Assembly (NCBI GenBank): GCA_011839185.1
Contig: GCA_011839185.1_3918.1
Length of the DNA: 64,000 bases
Source: a phage
Strand: one strand, 5' to 3'
The position numbers and the translations under genes are program-made. Shown in pieces: positions 10,828 to 20,907 of the stretch. The notes under the pieces are model-generated. The model searched no databases and had not been told where the DNA came from. It saw only the letters and a list, made by a program, of their open reading frames with translations. Position 1 is the first letter of the stretch, and each line of letters opens with the position of its first letter.

Positions 10828-11571
10828 ATGAGTAATATTATAGCATTTACTGGAAAGGCACGTTCTGGAAAAGACACCTCATGTTCTATTGTGAAGAACA
10901 TCTTAGAGGATGAGTACGGATACAATGTTGCAGTAATGGCCTTTGCGGACAATCTTAAACTCTCTGCATCAAAGATATTTGACTTGACTTGGAATGACCT
11001 GTACGGTGAAACTAAAGAGACTCCGCAGGTATTTGACTTATCATATCATGAACTGATGTTTAAAGTTACGGAAGCTATGGAGTTCACCTTCAGAGATGAA
11101 CGTTACCATATGGACTTCAAGCTTATGTCAGAGTTAACCGGACGATTAATCATGGAGCTTAAGAAGGTTGCTAAACCGACTCTATTGACACGTCTGGGGT
11201 TTAGCAAAAAGTATAAATTCTCATCAAGACAAATTCAACAGATTTGGGGTACTGAAGTTGTCCGTAAAGTAATGGGCGACAAGTTCTGGTCTAAAGACCT
11301 TGAAAAAAGAATGGTTAGATTCCATGAAATGTGCTCACTTAGAAATCAATATGGTTTTGTCTTAATCAGTGATTTAAGATTTGACTCTGAAGCTGAATGG
11401 TTGAGTAGATTTGCACACCAAACTATTGAAGTAAAAAGAGACAATGTGGACAAAGTTTCATCACATGTTTCAGAAAATGGGATTTCTACAAAATATGAGC
11501 GTGACATTATTCATAATAATGGTACTCTTGCAGACCTTGAGAACAAGCTAAGAGCCATCATTAAAGTTTAA
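10828..11571 (+). CDS. deoxynucleoside monophosphate kinase-like protein
   Basis: N-terminal P-loop IIAFTGKARSGKDT, similar to the T4 gp1 N-terminus as I recall it. Confidence 0.55.
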   Translation: MSNIIAFTGKARSGKDTSCSIVKNILEDEYGYNVAVMAFADNLKLSASKIFDLTWNDLYGETKETPQVFDLSYHELMFKVTEAMEFTFRDERYHMDFKLMSELTGRLIMELKKVAKPTLLTRLGFSKKYKFSSRQIQQIWGTEVVRKVMGDKFWSKDLEKRMVRFHEMCSLRNQYGFVLISDLRFDSEAEWLSRFAHQTIEVKRDNVDKVSSHVSENGISTKYERDIIHNNGTLADLENKLRAIIKV

Positions 11572-11579
11572 AAGAGGTA

Positions 11580-11780
11580 ATGAAGATGAGAGTAAAAGAC
11601 AATTTTAAAGTTATTGACCACCGTTTAGTGGAACTCTCATCTCTTTCCAATGAGGTAATGATTGAACGTCTTAAGAGAGTTGAATCACGAAGGAAAGAGA
11701 TTGCAGATGAAATTCATGAACTGGACAAGATTGAAAATGGATTGAAGGCAGAACTACAACGAAGAGGTGCTAATGTCTAA
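11580..11780 (+). CDS. hypothetical protein (66 aa)
   Basis: ORF only. Confidence 0.35.
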   Translation: MKMRVKDNFKVIDHRLVELSSLSNEVMIERLKRVESRRKEIADEIHELDKIENGLKAELQRRGANV

Positions 11781-13758
11781 AGGTCGTAAATTGAAAGAGG
11801 CTGGTCAGTTTGTTGGTCATTGCGCATGTCCACGTTGTGGTTCATCAGATGCTGGTTCAATCTATCACCATGACGATGATTCTTATTCAATGACTTGCTT
11901 TAGTTGTAACAAAGGTTTCCCAGAGTGGGATTTTGATAAAGGACAAATCGTGAGCACTTATTCTACTGGTTCAGACAATAAAAACCGTACTTTCCGTGGA
12001 ATGGATTTAGACGATGTAAAAGAAAACCTAGAAGCAATGGACTTGAAAGATAGGAAGATTCCTGCAAAAGTCCTTGAACGCTTAGGTATCAAGGTTGACA
12101 TTGATAGTGACGGTGAAATTGATGCGCACTTCTATCCAACTTACAAACGTAATGAAGATGGTAAGCTAGAACATGTTGGCTACCGTGTTCGTCACCGTTA
12201 CCCAGAAGACCATCCAAAAGAGCACCTACGTGGTAAGCTAAAAGACTTTTCTGGTGGTGTTGGAGACATTAAAGGTGAACTAGCAATGTTCGGTTCATGG
12301 ATTGCTCCAGAAGGTGGTAACCGTCTATTCATCTGGGAAGGTGAGATGGAATGTGCGACAGCAATCTATATGACTTCTTTGGCGATTAAAGATAAGTCTC
12401 GTCGTAAGAATTACTGTCACGTATCTGTTCCGTCAGGTGCAAACATTAAGTCTATCAAAGACAACTATCAGTACATCACATCATTTGATGAGATTTACTT
12501 GTGCTTTGATAACGATGAAGCAGGTGCTAAAGCTACCAAAGAGGCTGCTGGTATCCTACCTATTGAGAAGGTTCGTTTATTCCAGTATCCAGAAGGTGTA
12601 AAAGACCTTAACGAATGGTGGACAAAGTTCTATAAAGAGAAAGACACAGTTCTTGAAGGGTTTAAGCAGCGTATCTACAATGCGCCCCGTTACTGCCCTG
12701 CTGGTATCAAGAACTTCGCAGATGGTTTTGAGGCAATGAAGAATCGTGGTCAGATTCCATTGATTCCTTTCCCAGAATCTTTCGGAGATTTGAACAGGCT
12801 GACTTATGGCGGTTATGGTTTAGGTGAGATTACAACTCTGGCAGCACCATCTTCAGTGGGTAAATCAGCATACACTCGTGAAATGATTTATACTGCTTGG
12901 AAGGATACCGATTACAATATTGGTGTAATTCCGGTCGAAGATACCTATGAAGAGTTGATGGAGATGCTTTGTGCAATCCACCTGAGCAAGCAGATTTCTG
13001 AGATTCCTTATGACGAACGTGATTGGGATGAATTGAAGGAAGCACACACAGAACTATCTAAAGGTCGTCGTATCCACATCGTAGACCATCAAGGGGCAAT
13101 TGACCAAGATAACTTGCTGGAGTTTGTTGACTATCTTGTTAACAGTTTAGACTGTAAGATTATTATTCTTGACCCTATTACGTTGGCTCTGTCACGTTCT
13201 GATACGGATGAAGAGGAAGTATTGTCTGAACTATTGCGTCGTTGCAAACGCTACCAGTATGCACAGGTAAACGTCTGTCACGTTCGTAAGAGTGCAGGTG
13301 GTCAGAAAGCTAACTCTGAAGGTGGGGATATCTCTGAAGAGGATATTAAAGGTTCTGGTGCGTATTTCCAGATTTCTATGAACAACATTCTGTTAATGCG
13401 TAACAAGGTTGACCCAGACCCTGTTAAGAAAAACTTGACAAAAATCAAGTTAACTAAATGTCGTCGTCACGGTAAGTCAACGGGTATTGCTGGTCATACT
13501 TGGTACAATCCAGATACAGGACGTCTCATCAAAGCATCTGGTTGTGGGGTTGACATTGATGGTGCAGCAGAAAATATTCGCCAACAGTTTGGTATTGGCG
13601 AAGCTGAAGACCATTACGATGACTCTTTGCCACATTATGAGGATGAAGTGTTTGACCGTGAGACTGGTGAAGTCTATACTGAAGAGCAGCGTCAAAGCTC
13701 AACGATTCCACCTGTATTAAGTGAGGATGCAGATGACTACCCATTCGAAACTGAGTGA
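11767..13758 (+). CDS. bifunctional DNA primase-helicase (T7 gp4-like)
   Basis: N-terminal Zn ribbon CPRCG...CFSCN; TOPRIM-like FDNDEAG; helicase Walker A LAAPSSVGKS. Confidence 0.85.
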   Translation: MLMSKGRKLKEAGQFVGHCACPRCGSSDAGSIYHHDDDSYSMTCFSCNKGFPEWDFDKGQIVSTYSTGSDNKNRTFRGMDLDDVKENLEAMDLKDRKIPAKVLERLGIKVDIDSDGEIDAHFYPTYKRNEDGKLEHVGYRVRHRYPEDHPKEHLRGKLKDFSGGVGDIKGELAMFGSWIAPEGGNRLFIWEGEMECATAIYMTSLAIKDKSRRKNYCHVSVPSGANIKSIKDNYQYITSFDEIYLCFDNDEAGAKATKEAAGILPIEKVRLFQYPEGVKDLNEWWTKFYKEKDTVLEGFKQRIYNAPRYCPAGIKNFADGFEAMKNRGQIPLIPFPESFGDLNRLTYGGYGLGEITTLAAPSSVGKSAYTREMIYTAWKDTDYNIGVIPVEDTYEELMEMLCAIHLSKQISEIPYDERDWDELKEAHTELSKGRRIHIVDHQGAIDQDNLLEFVDYLVNSLDCKIIILDPITLALSRSDTDEEEVLSELLRRCKRYQYAQVNVCHVRKSAGGQKANSEGGDISEEDIKGSGAYFQISMNNILLMRNKVDPDPVKKNLTKIKLTKCRRHGKSTGIAGHTWYNPDTGRLIKASGCGVDIDGAAENIRQQFGIGEAEDHYDDSLPHYEDEVFDRETGEVYTEEQRQSSTIPPVLSEDADDYPFETE

Positions 13759-14167
13759 TAGTTATAAAAGAGAGGGGTTCACACCCTTCTTTGAAGAAAA
13801 AAGTTTAAATAAATTTCAGGAAGAGTGTTTGACAAAGGTTGATAGGTTCTATAGAATGCTCTACATGAAATGTGATGGAGGTGTTGAGGTAGAAGAAAAG
13901 TTCCATCACAGTATTATCACAGTCACTATTACTATACCTCAGCATAATATTGGTTGGCTGTTTATAATGAAAGAAAATGTGTTTGAATATCAAGTATATC
14001 GGAGAATATCATGAAACACTCTAAAGCATTTGAAAAAGTTTTTGGGGATTCCTTAAAAGCCACTGCTGGAAAACCAGCAAGATACTATGAAGAAAAACGT
14101 GTAAGAACTGGAAAAACTGCACGTAAAGCAGCTTCTAAAGATAAGCACAACTTCCAGTAATTAGTGT

Positions 14168-14196
14168 TTGACAATAGAGTATCAACAAACTAGAAT
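14168..14196 (+). promoter_or_regulatory. sigma70-like promoter candidate
   Basis: TTGACA, 17-nt spacer, TAGAAT. Confidence 0.4.
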
Positions 14197-14232
14197 TGGT
14201 GCTCTTCATAAATTGAGATAGAGGTTTAAATA

Positions 14233-15090
14233 ATGTCTAAAGTTGTTAAAATGAAAGCTCCGGTAGAGAAGTACAATGGTACTGAACGCCAAACTCTGCG
14301 TTACCTGCTGAAAGATGTCTGGTTTTATTACCTGAACACTTCACCACGTCCGGGAAAAGGTAAGTCTATTGATAAGAAATTCCCAGGCAAAGACTGTAAC
14401 TACAGTGTATCAATTCTTGCAGAAGACGGTAACAAACTGTTTAAAGAGTTTACTAAGTCTAAGAAAAACCCAGAAGGTTGGGATAAAGTTACTACTGAAG
14501 CAGTTGATGCAGACGACTTCGAAGAGAAGTTTGGTTGCAAACCACCATTTGAAGCAGACACTTACTACATCTTGAAAGTGAGTCGTGCAGCAGCTTATAA
14601 AGATGGTGCTGTATGGACAGCTAAACAGTCATTCCCTGTTATGCTTATTGAAGAAGTAAATGGTAAGCGTGTAGCTGTTAAGCAGCCGATGAAGAAAATC
14701 AAAGCTCAAGCATCTGATAAACATGAAGATGATAAGAACTATGATGTAATTCATCCAGATATTGCAGTTGGTAACGGTTCTTTTGGTAGTGTGATTCTTT
14801 CTACTCACTTCTACACTTTTGAGAACAATGTTCTGACAAAACCTATTCAGGAACAGTTTATCATCGATACCCTTGTACCTTACACTGGTGGTAACGGTGC
14901 TAATGGTGAACCTGAACTGGATGAAGACGAACTGGCTATGCTTGGTCTTGATGGTGTCGAAGATAACGGTGAAATCACTGAAGAAGACGCAACAGACCAT
15001 AAATCTTCGAATGAGTCTGATGATGGTGATGATGAAGATTTGCCAGACCCAGATGACGAAGAAGATGAAGACTTCGATACAGAAGACTAA
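14233..15090 (+). CDS. putative ssDNA-binding protein with acidic C-terminal tail
   Basis: Position after primase-helicase; highly acidic C-terminus ...DDEEDEDFDTED as in T7 gp2.5-type SSBs. Confidence 0.45.
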   Translation: MSKVVKMKAPVEKYNGTERQTLRYLLKDVWFYYLNTSPRPGKGKSIDKKFPGKDCNYSVSILAEDGNKLFKEFTKSKKNPEGWDKVTTEAVDADDFEEKFGCKPPFEADTYYILKVSRAAAYKDGAVWTAKQSFPVMLIEEVNGKRVAVKQPMKKIKAQASDKHEDDKNYDVIHPDIAVGNGSFGSVILSTHFYTFENNVLTKPIQEQFIIDTLVPYTGGNGANGEPELDEDELAMLGLDGVEDNGEITEEDATDHKSSNESDDGDDEDLPDPDDEEDEDFDTED

Positions 15091-15108
15091 TCTCTAAAAG
15101 TTACTTTA

Positions 15109-15136
15109 AAGCCCTGTACTTAGTATGGGGCTTTTT
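15109..15136 (+). terminator. rho-independent terminator
   Basis: AGCCC..GGGCT hairpin followed by TTTTT. Confidence 0.5.
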
Positions 15137-15152
15137 CATATGGAGAGCCATA

Positions 15153-16193
15153 ATGGAGAAGTACACATTAACAAAGCTTCCCGATTCAGTTACACATGTC
15201 TTTATTGACTCTGATAGTATTGCCTATAAAGGTGCTTGTGTAGTTGAGAAAGCAAAGTATAAATACGTTAATAAACTCACAGCAGAAGAATCTGAACCAT
15301 TTGATAATGCGAAAGATGCTGCAAGATGGTTAGCAGACCAGAGAATCCTTGTGGAAGAGCTTGGCCTGACATTTGAGGAAGATGAATGGGAAAGACAAAC
15401 TTGGAAAGAAGCTAAGAGTGAAAAAGAAGCTATCATGGCTACTCAACAGGTGCTTCAGGAATGGCTTAAGATTGTTGGTAAAGAAAGAACTTGGGTAGGT
15501 TATTTAACAGAGAAGGGTGTGCATAAACATAAAGACATTAAAGGTCTTGAGCACCAATATCAAGGTAATCGTAAAGATGCTGTCACACCAACACACTTAG
15601 TCGCTTGTCGTGAATACCTTTTATCCAGACCAGAGTTCAAGCTCTTAAAGGGGGGCTTCGAAGCCGATTCAATCGTAATTGCTAAAGCTGAAAAGATGGG
15701 TAAGAAGGCTGCTCTTATGAGTATTGACAAAGACCTTCGACAAGCTGAAGGAACTTATTGTATTGATATGACTTATGAAAAATCACCACTAATCTTTATT
15801 GCTGATAACAATGTTGGTGATATCTGGGATTGTCCTATCAAATCAAAACCAAAAGCTGCAAAAACAGTTGGTGTAGGTTTTAAATTCTTGTGCTATCAGG
15901 CTGTTGCTGGAGATAATGCAGACAACTACTTCGGGCTTAAAGGTGCTGGTAAAGTGGCTGTGATGAATGCTTTAGATGGTAAAGAGACCTACAAAGAGTG
16001 TCTTGATGCTATCTATGAACTCTATGCTAAAAAAGACTCTTACACCTATGTATCATGGGATGGACAGACAGTTACAAAGACACCGTTAGAGCTAATGGAA
16101 CAGCATTTCTGGATAGCTTATCAAGAAAGAAATCCAAAAGATAATTTCTCTTTTAAGAAATATAATTGGGAGCCGTGTATGAATGAAGATTAA
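15153..16193 (+). CDS. 5'-3' exonuclease / flap endonuclease
   Basis: GFEADSIVIA (FEN GxEADD-like) and H3TH-like FGLKGAGKVAVMNAL. Confidence 0.7.
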   Translation: MEKYTLTKLPDSVTHVFIDSDSIAYKGACVVEKAKYKYVNKLTAEESEPFDNAKDAARWLADQRILVEELGLTFEEDEWERQTWKEAKSEKEAIMATQQVLQEWLKIVGKERTWVGYLTEKGVHKHKDIKGLEHQYQGNRKDAVTPTHLVACREYLLSRPEFKLLKGGFEADSIVIAKAEKMGKKAALMSIDKDLRQAEGTYCIDMTYEKSPLIFIADNNVGDIWDCPIKSKPKAAKTVGVGFKFLCYQAVAGDNADNYFGLKGAGKVAVMNALDGKETYKECLDAIYELYAKKDSYTYVSWDGQTVTKTPLELMEQHFWIAYQERNPKDNFSFKKYNWEPCMNED

Positions 16194-16680
16194 AGGATTT
16201 GGCAATTGCCCCACCTATGGTCATTGGGTGTCTTTATGTGGGGAAGTTGACCCCACTAAACATTTTGGTTTTGTCTATTTAGTACACTGTAAGAAAACCG
16301 GACAATATTATATCGGAAAGAAACAGCTTAATAGTGTGACTAAAAGAAAAGTTGCTGGCAAGACTCGGAAGAAGGTAGTCACTAAGGAGAGTGATTGGAT
16401 GACTTATGAAACTTCTTCTGAGTATATTAAAAAAGATATTGAGAGCTTTGGAAAAGAATTTTTTGACTTTTACATTATTCAGACCTACTACACAAAAGGT
16501 GGCCTAGTCTATGGTGAAGCAAATCTTCAACATAAATTCGATGTAATGACAAAAAGGATTGACTCTAAGCTCAGACTCTTTTACAATGCCAATATTGCAG
16601 CAATTAAGTTTATTACTAAAGAAACTTATGAAGATGCTGAAAAAAGAATCTATAAGGTAATGAAAGCAAACTGTGCTTGA
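16183..16680 (+). CDS. GIY-YIG domain protein (possible homing endonuclease)
   Basis: FVYLVHCKKTGQYYIGKK fits the GIY...YIG spacing. Confidence 0.45.
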   Translation: MKIKGFGNCPTYGHWVSLCGEVDPTKHFGFVYLVHCKKTGQYYIGKKQLNSVTKRKVAGKTRKKVVTKESDWMTYETSSEYIKKDIESFGKEFFDFYIIQTYYTKGGLVYGEANLQHKFDVMTKRIDSKLRLFYNANIAAIKFITKETYEDAEKRIYKVMKANCA

Positions 16681-16686
16681 TAACTA

Positions 16687-16950
16687 TTGAGAGAGAATAA
16701 AATGTTTAATAAAAGCAAAGCTGTGAGTCATGTAGCAAAAGTTGACAGTAAGATTGAAGAACTTGAGCGCATTCTTGCAAATGCTAGAGAGTTGATAATT
16801 AAAGAAGTTGAAGCTGTTGAATCTCAAATGCAGCACCTAATGCTTAAACGCCAAGAGCTACGTGAACATCTGGAATATATTGAAACACGAGAGCTAAAGG
16901 TTAACAGATATTTTAAGGAGTCCGAATGTTTAACTCAAGAGAATCAGTAA
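16687..16950 (+). CDS. hypothetical protein (87 aa)
   Basis: ORF only. Confidence 0.4.
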   Translation: MRENKMFNKSKAVSHVAKVDSKIEELERILANARELIIKEVEAVESQMQHLMLKRQELREHLEYIETRELKVNRYFKESECLTQENQ

Positions 16951-17681
16951 AAAACTGGAATCTTCGTTGCGGAAAAACTCAAAAACAACCATACAGTAAT
17001 GAGTATTGGGAGTCTTTGAAATCTCAATCTCTGTGTATGCTTGAAGAAGCAAAAGAGCTTGTAAAAGCAATTGAAGAGAAAGACCCCATTGAGACACTGG
17101 ATGCTCAGGCAGATTTGCAATATGTTCTTGACGGTTTGATTTACCTGTCACAACATGACCATAACGGTGCTATGAAAGCTGTTTGCCATAATAATGACCT
17201 GAAATACACAGACGATTATGAAGAAGCTTTAAAACGTCTTGCAGATATTGAGAAGCGTACTGGTCAAGATTGTATTGTCAGAATGTCAGTAGTTGATGGT
17301 AAAGAGTGGTACGCAATTGTTCGTGTAGCCGATGGGAAGATTATGAAGCAATCGAATCTCCCAAAAGTACAGCTTGGTGAATACATTGTAGAACTTGAAA
17401 GCCAAGAACTTTTTGTGGTAGTATCTGAGACATGCGTTATCTGCAAAGGTATTGTAGGTAGCTTAAAGGATTTGGGTGTAGATGGTTTTGTAGAAGTTAA
17501 TCCAATTACCTCTAAAGCAGATAAAGACTTCTGTAAAGAGAACGGACTATGGATTGCAGATATTGTCTACTATGATGGTGAGCAGTTCCATGTAACCTCA
17601 TACCCGAAACTGAATTATGATGCTAATAACCTGAAGTGCTGGTTAAAAGGGGTTGGTTATAATGGATTCACAGAACATTAA
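16926..17681 (+). CDS. hypothetical protein (251 aa)
   Basis: ORF only. Confidence 0.45.
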   Translation: MFNSRESVKNWNLRCGKTQKQPYSNEYWESLKSQSLCMLEEAKELVKAIEEKDPIETLDAQADLQYVLDGLIYLSQHDHNGAMKAVCHNNDLKYTDDYEEALKRLADIEKRTGQDCIVRMSVVDGKEWYAIVRVADGKIMKQSNLPKVQLGEYIVELESQELFVVVSETCVICKGIVGSLKDLGVDGFVEVNPITSKADKDFCKENGLWIADIVYYDGEQFHVTSYPKLNYDANNLKCWLKGVGYNGFTEH

Positions 17682-17985
17682 TAAAGAAGGTGTGGCTCAG
17701 AAGAGCCACTTCTCAAACTACAATATTTCTATGACGGTGTTTATGAATGACCCGTTACTAGAAAAATATGGTGAGACTCCAGATACACTTCTGGACAATG
17801 AACAAGTTTTAAAAGCAGTCCTGTACAAATATGGGATTGATATTGAGAAAGAATATTCTTTTGAAATCTGCCAACACAGGAATACTTTTGGTAAAGTTGT
17901 AATGGCTCCACTATTCATGGGTGTAGAAAGAACTGACTATGGTTGGTTATATCTAAAAAGAAACTTGGAGAAATACCGTGTCTAA
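17653..17985 (+). CDS. hypothetical protein (110 aa)
   Basis: ORF only; start uncertain. Confidence 0.4.
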   Translation: MVIMDSQNINKEGVAQKSHFSNYNISMTVFMNDPLLEKYGETPDTLLDNEQVLKAVLYKYGIDIEKEYSFEICQHRNTFGKVVMAPLFMGVERTDYGWLYLKRNLEKYRV

Positions 17986-18313
17986 AGCAAAAAAGCTATC
18001 TTATGATGACATTATCTCAGGTGCTAAATTAGGTGTTGACAGTATCGGACAAGATGTTAAGCACGGAGACACAGTTATGTACTGTGATGACCGAAGAGGC
18101 AGAAGTGCAATCTTGTTTGGAAGAATTGTTTGCAAGATGCGAGGTAACTACGTTGTTGCAGACATGGATGAGAACACTACACAAGAGCTTGAAGCAATTA
18201 TGAATGGCAACACATCATCGTGGTTCCTGAATTGTATGCACACTTCATCAGTCACAAAGGTAAGCGATAAGTTTTACGATATGTGGCAGAATGAGCAAAT
18301 TTTCAAGATTTAA
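17978..18313 (+). CDS. hypothetical protein (111 aa)
   Basis: ORF only. Confidence 0.4.
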   Translation: MSKAKKLSYDDIISGAKLGVDSIGQDVKHGDTVMYCDDRRGRSAILFGRIVCKMRGNYVVADMDENTTQELEAIMNGNTSSWFLNCMHTSSVTKVSDKFYDMWQNEQIFKI

Positions 18314-18317
18314 ACTA

Positions 18318-18342
18318 GGGAGCCTCTTCGGAGGCTCTTTTC
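18318..18342 (+). terminator. hairpin plus T-run (terminator or attenuator before nrdA)
   Basis: GGAGCCTC TTCG GAGGCTC followed by TTTTC. Confidence 0.5.
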
Positions 18343-18359
18343 ATCTGTAGGATTTAAAA

Positions 18360-20594
18360 ATGATTAAGACAATTAAAAAATCAAACGGTACAGTAGTAAG
18401 CTTTGACCCAGAAAGACTGAATAAATGGGCATCATGGGCAGATAAGCGTGGAATTATCTGGTCAGAAGTCACTATGGAAGCTATGAAACGTGTCTATGAA
18501 GGTTGCACCACAAAAGAGATGCACCAAGCCATGATTGATGTTTGTGTTGATAAACAAACTCAAGAGTACTCAGATATGGCTGGACGGCTACTTCTGGGTA
18601 TTATCTACAAAGAAGCCTTTGGAGGCTTTACTAAGGTTCCTACGCTGGTTACCTTCGTTAAAAATATGGAGAGAGCAGGACTTTGGGAGAAGATGGATTA
18701 TTCACAGGAAGAACTTGAATACCTGCAAGGCTACATCGTACACTCAAAAGATATCTCTTACGGCTATGCAGTGTTGAAACAGTTCAGAGATAAATATGGT
18801 ATCCGTGATATTAAAACGGGAAGACTTTTTGAGTCACCACAATTTATGTTTATGGGTATGGCTATGAAAGCCTTTGAGAAGCAACCAAAGCACCGTAGAC
18901 TGCAAGATGTTATTAAGCTGTACACTTACCTATCTGACCTGAAGATTAATGCTCCTACACCTTATCTGAATGGTTTACGTGCTACTAAATCAGGTTATGC
19001 GTCATGCTGTTTGATTAAGGCGAATGATACTGCTGAATCTCTCGGTATTGCTGCAAAGGTTGCTTATGACATGACTACAAAGCAAGCTGGCATTGGGATG
19101 CTGATGGAGACTCGTACTATTGGTGATGGTATCCGTCAAAATACTATTGAGCACATGGGTAAACTACCTTATTACAAGCTTGTACGCTCATCTGTAGAGG
19201 CAAACAAACAGAAGAGTCGTGGTGGTTCAGCTAATAACTTCTACACTGCTCTAGACCCGCAGATTGAAGATTTACTGCGTTTGAAGCACCCTACAACGGT
19301 TCCTTCTAAACGTATTAATGAGATGGACTACTCATTCGGCACAAACGATTATTTCTGGCAGTGTGTTCAGTATGATACAGATTGGTTGCTATTCTCTTAC
19401 AAAGATGCACCAAAACTCTATGACATGTTCTACACAGCATCTGCTGATGAGTTTGCTATGGCAGTTGGTCATGCAGTACATTCAGGTGTTAAGCATAGAC
19501 GAGTCAAGGCTCGTGAAATTGCTAAGCTGTTTATTCAACAGCGTTATGCTACAGGTCGTGTGTATCCATTCTTCACTAACAATGCAAACACACATACACC
19601 ATTTAAAGAACCATTGAAGATGTCAAATCTTTGTATGGAAATTGTATTGCCAGTGTATGGTTTTGAGAAAGAGACAGACCTTTACAGAGACGATGCTGTG
19701 AAAGAGGATGGTGAGGTGGCTCTTTGCTTCCTAGCTAGTTTGGTTGCAGGGAGAATTTCAGAAGATGAATACGCTGACGTTGCTTATTATGCTCTTGCAA
19801 TGGTTGACTCCGTTATTGACCTTATGGATTATCCGTATCCGTCGATGCGTAACCATGTTCAGAAGCGTCGTTCTGTTGGGATTGGCCTTACAAATGTGGC
19901 TCATTACCTTGCGAAGAACTACGTGAACTATTCTTCAAGAGCGGGTAAGACGAAGCTTCATGAGCTTGCTGAAATGCACTCTTACTACTTACACGAAGCT
20001 TCTTTGAGACTTTCTAAAGAACGTGGTGTACCTGAATACATGAAGTTCACTAAGTACCCTGAAGGATGGGTTCCTCCGAAGACAGCTAACAGGAAGATTG
20101 ATGAGAAGCATGATGCAAAACTTCGTTATGATTGGGATGACTTAGCACAACGTATTAAAGAAAATGGTGGAATCCGTAACTCTGTATTAGAAGCTTACAT
20201 GCCTAATGAGAGTTCTTCACTGGCAACTAATACGACAAATGGCTTGTATCCAATTCGTGACTTTATTTTAACTAAAAAGTCTGCAACTGGTAACGTACTG
20301 TTTATTGTTCCAGATTATGAAGAGTTGAAGTATGTCTATGAAATTGCTTGGGATATTGACACCTTTGACCTAATTGATTGTTATGCAATTGTTCAAAAGT
20401 TCACTGGTCAAGCTATCTCTTCAGATTTCTATGTTGACTACGCAAAAGCGAAGAAGGTATCATTGGCTCAAGCTTTGAAGTATATGATTTATGCCAACTC
20501 AGTAGGTATGAAAACCATGTACTACCTTAACAGCCGCATTGGTGTAGGTAAATCTGCACTGCAAGATGCTTATTGCGAGGGTTGTGGTGTTTAG
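18360..20594 (+). CDS. nrdA: ribonucleoside-diphosphate reductase large subunit (class I alpha)
   Basis: 744 aa; active-site-like SNLCMEI; followed by small subunit and glutaredoxin-like genes. Confidence 0.85.
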   Translation: MIKTIKKSNGTVVSFDPERLNKWASWADKRGIIWSEVTMEAMKRVYEGCTTKEMHQAMIDVCVDKQTQEYSDMAGRLLLGIIYKEAFGGFTKVPTLVTFVKNMERAGLWEKMDYSQEELEYLQGYIVHSKDISYGYAVLKQFRDKYGIRDIKTGRLFESPQFMFMGMAMKAFEKQPKHRRLQDVIKLYTYLSDLKINAPTPYLNGLRATKSGYASCCLIKANDTAESLGIAAKVAYDMTTKQAGIGMLMETRTIGDGIRQNTIEHMGKLPYYKLVRSSVEANKQKSRGGSANNFYTALDPQIEDLLRLKHPTTVPSKRINEMDYSFGTNDYFWQCVQYDTDWLLFSYKDAPKLYDMFYTASADEFAMAVGHAVHSGVKHRRVKAREIAKLFIQQRYATGRVYPFFTNNANTHTPFKEPLKMSNLCMEIVLPVYGFEKETDLYRDDAVKEDGEVALCFLASLVAGRISEDEYADVAYYALAMVDSVIDLMDYPYPSMRNHVQKRRSVGIGLTNVAHYLAKNYVNYSSRAGKTKLHELAEMHSYYLHEASLRLSKERGVPEYMKFTKYPEGWVPPKTANRKIDEKHDAKLRYDWDDLAQRIKENGGIRNSVLEAYMPNESSSLATNTTNGLYPIRDFILTKKSATGNVLFIVPDYEELKYVYEIAWDIDTFDLIDCYAIVQKFTGQAISSDFYVDYAKAKKVSLAQALKYMIYANSVGMKTMYYLNSRIGVGKSALQDAYCEGCGV

Positions 20595-20649
20595 TTTTAA
20601 CAACTATGAGGGTCGTAAAAGACCCTCTAAAAATAACTTTGGAGAGACC

Positions 20650-20907
20650 ATGAAAGATTTAATAGAAAAACATGAGCGACCAATATACTTGCTCTACAAA
20701 CCCCGCAAAACATTGTACTATGTGAGCAGCACAGGTATCATGATAAAGCAGAATGATGACTTATGGGTCACTGGAGCCTCTTACATCTCTACAGCAGATG
20801 GTAAAATCTACGCAAGACCTTATGAGATGTTTAATAAAGAAAATTGGGAAGTTTTAGATAGAAAACAAGCCTTAGAGATGATAAAGAAAGGAGAAATCAC
20901 ATTATGA
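20650..20907 (+). CDS. hypothetical protein (85 aa)
   Basis: ORF between nrdA and nrdB; start set at ATG preceded by GGAGAG. Confidence 0.4.
   Translation: MKDLIEKHERPIYLLYKPRKTLYYVSSTGIMIKQNDDLWVTGASYISTADGKIYARPYEMFNKENWEVLDRKQALEMIKKGEITL

Noticed and set aside
12830-13744. Minus-strand ORFs overlapping the primase-helicase gene
   Set aside because: Antisense shadow ORFs within a gene carrying Zn-ribbon, TOPRIM and Walker A motifs in order
14011-14160. Possible 49-codon basic ORF (MKHSKAFEKVFGDS...) between primase-helicase and SSB genes
   Set aside because: Below the size where I can support coding from sequence alone; region also contains a promoter-like TTGACA...TAGAAT, so it may be leader sequence. 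Left unannotated
20606-20625. Hairpin GAGGGTC..GACCCTC after nrdA as a terminator
   Set aside because: Not followed by a T-run on the plus strand (TAAAAATA); more likely an RNA structural element or processing site than an intrinsic terminator
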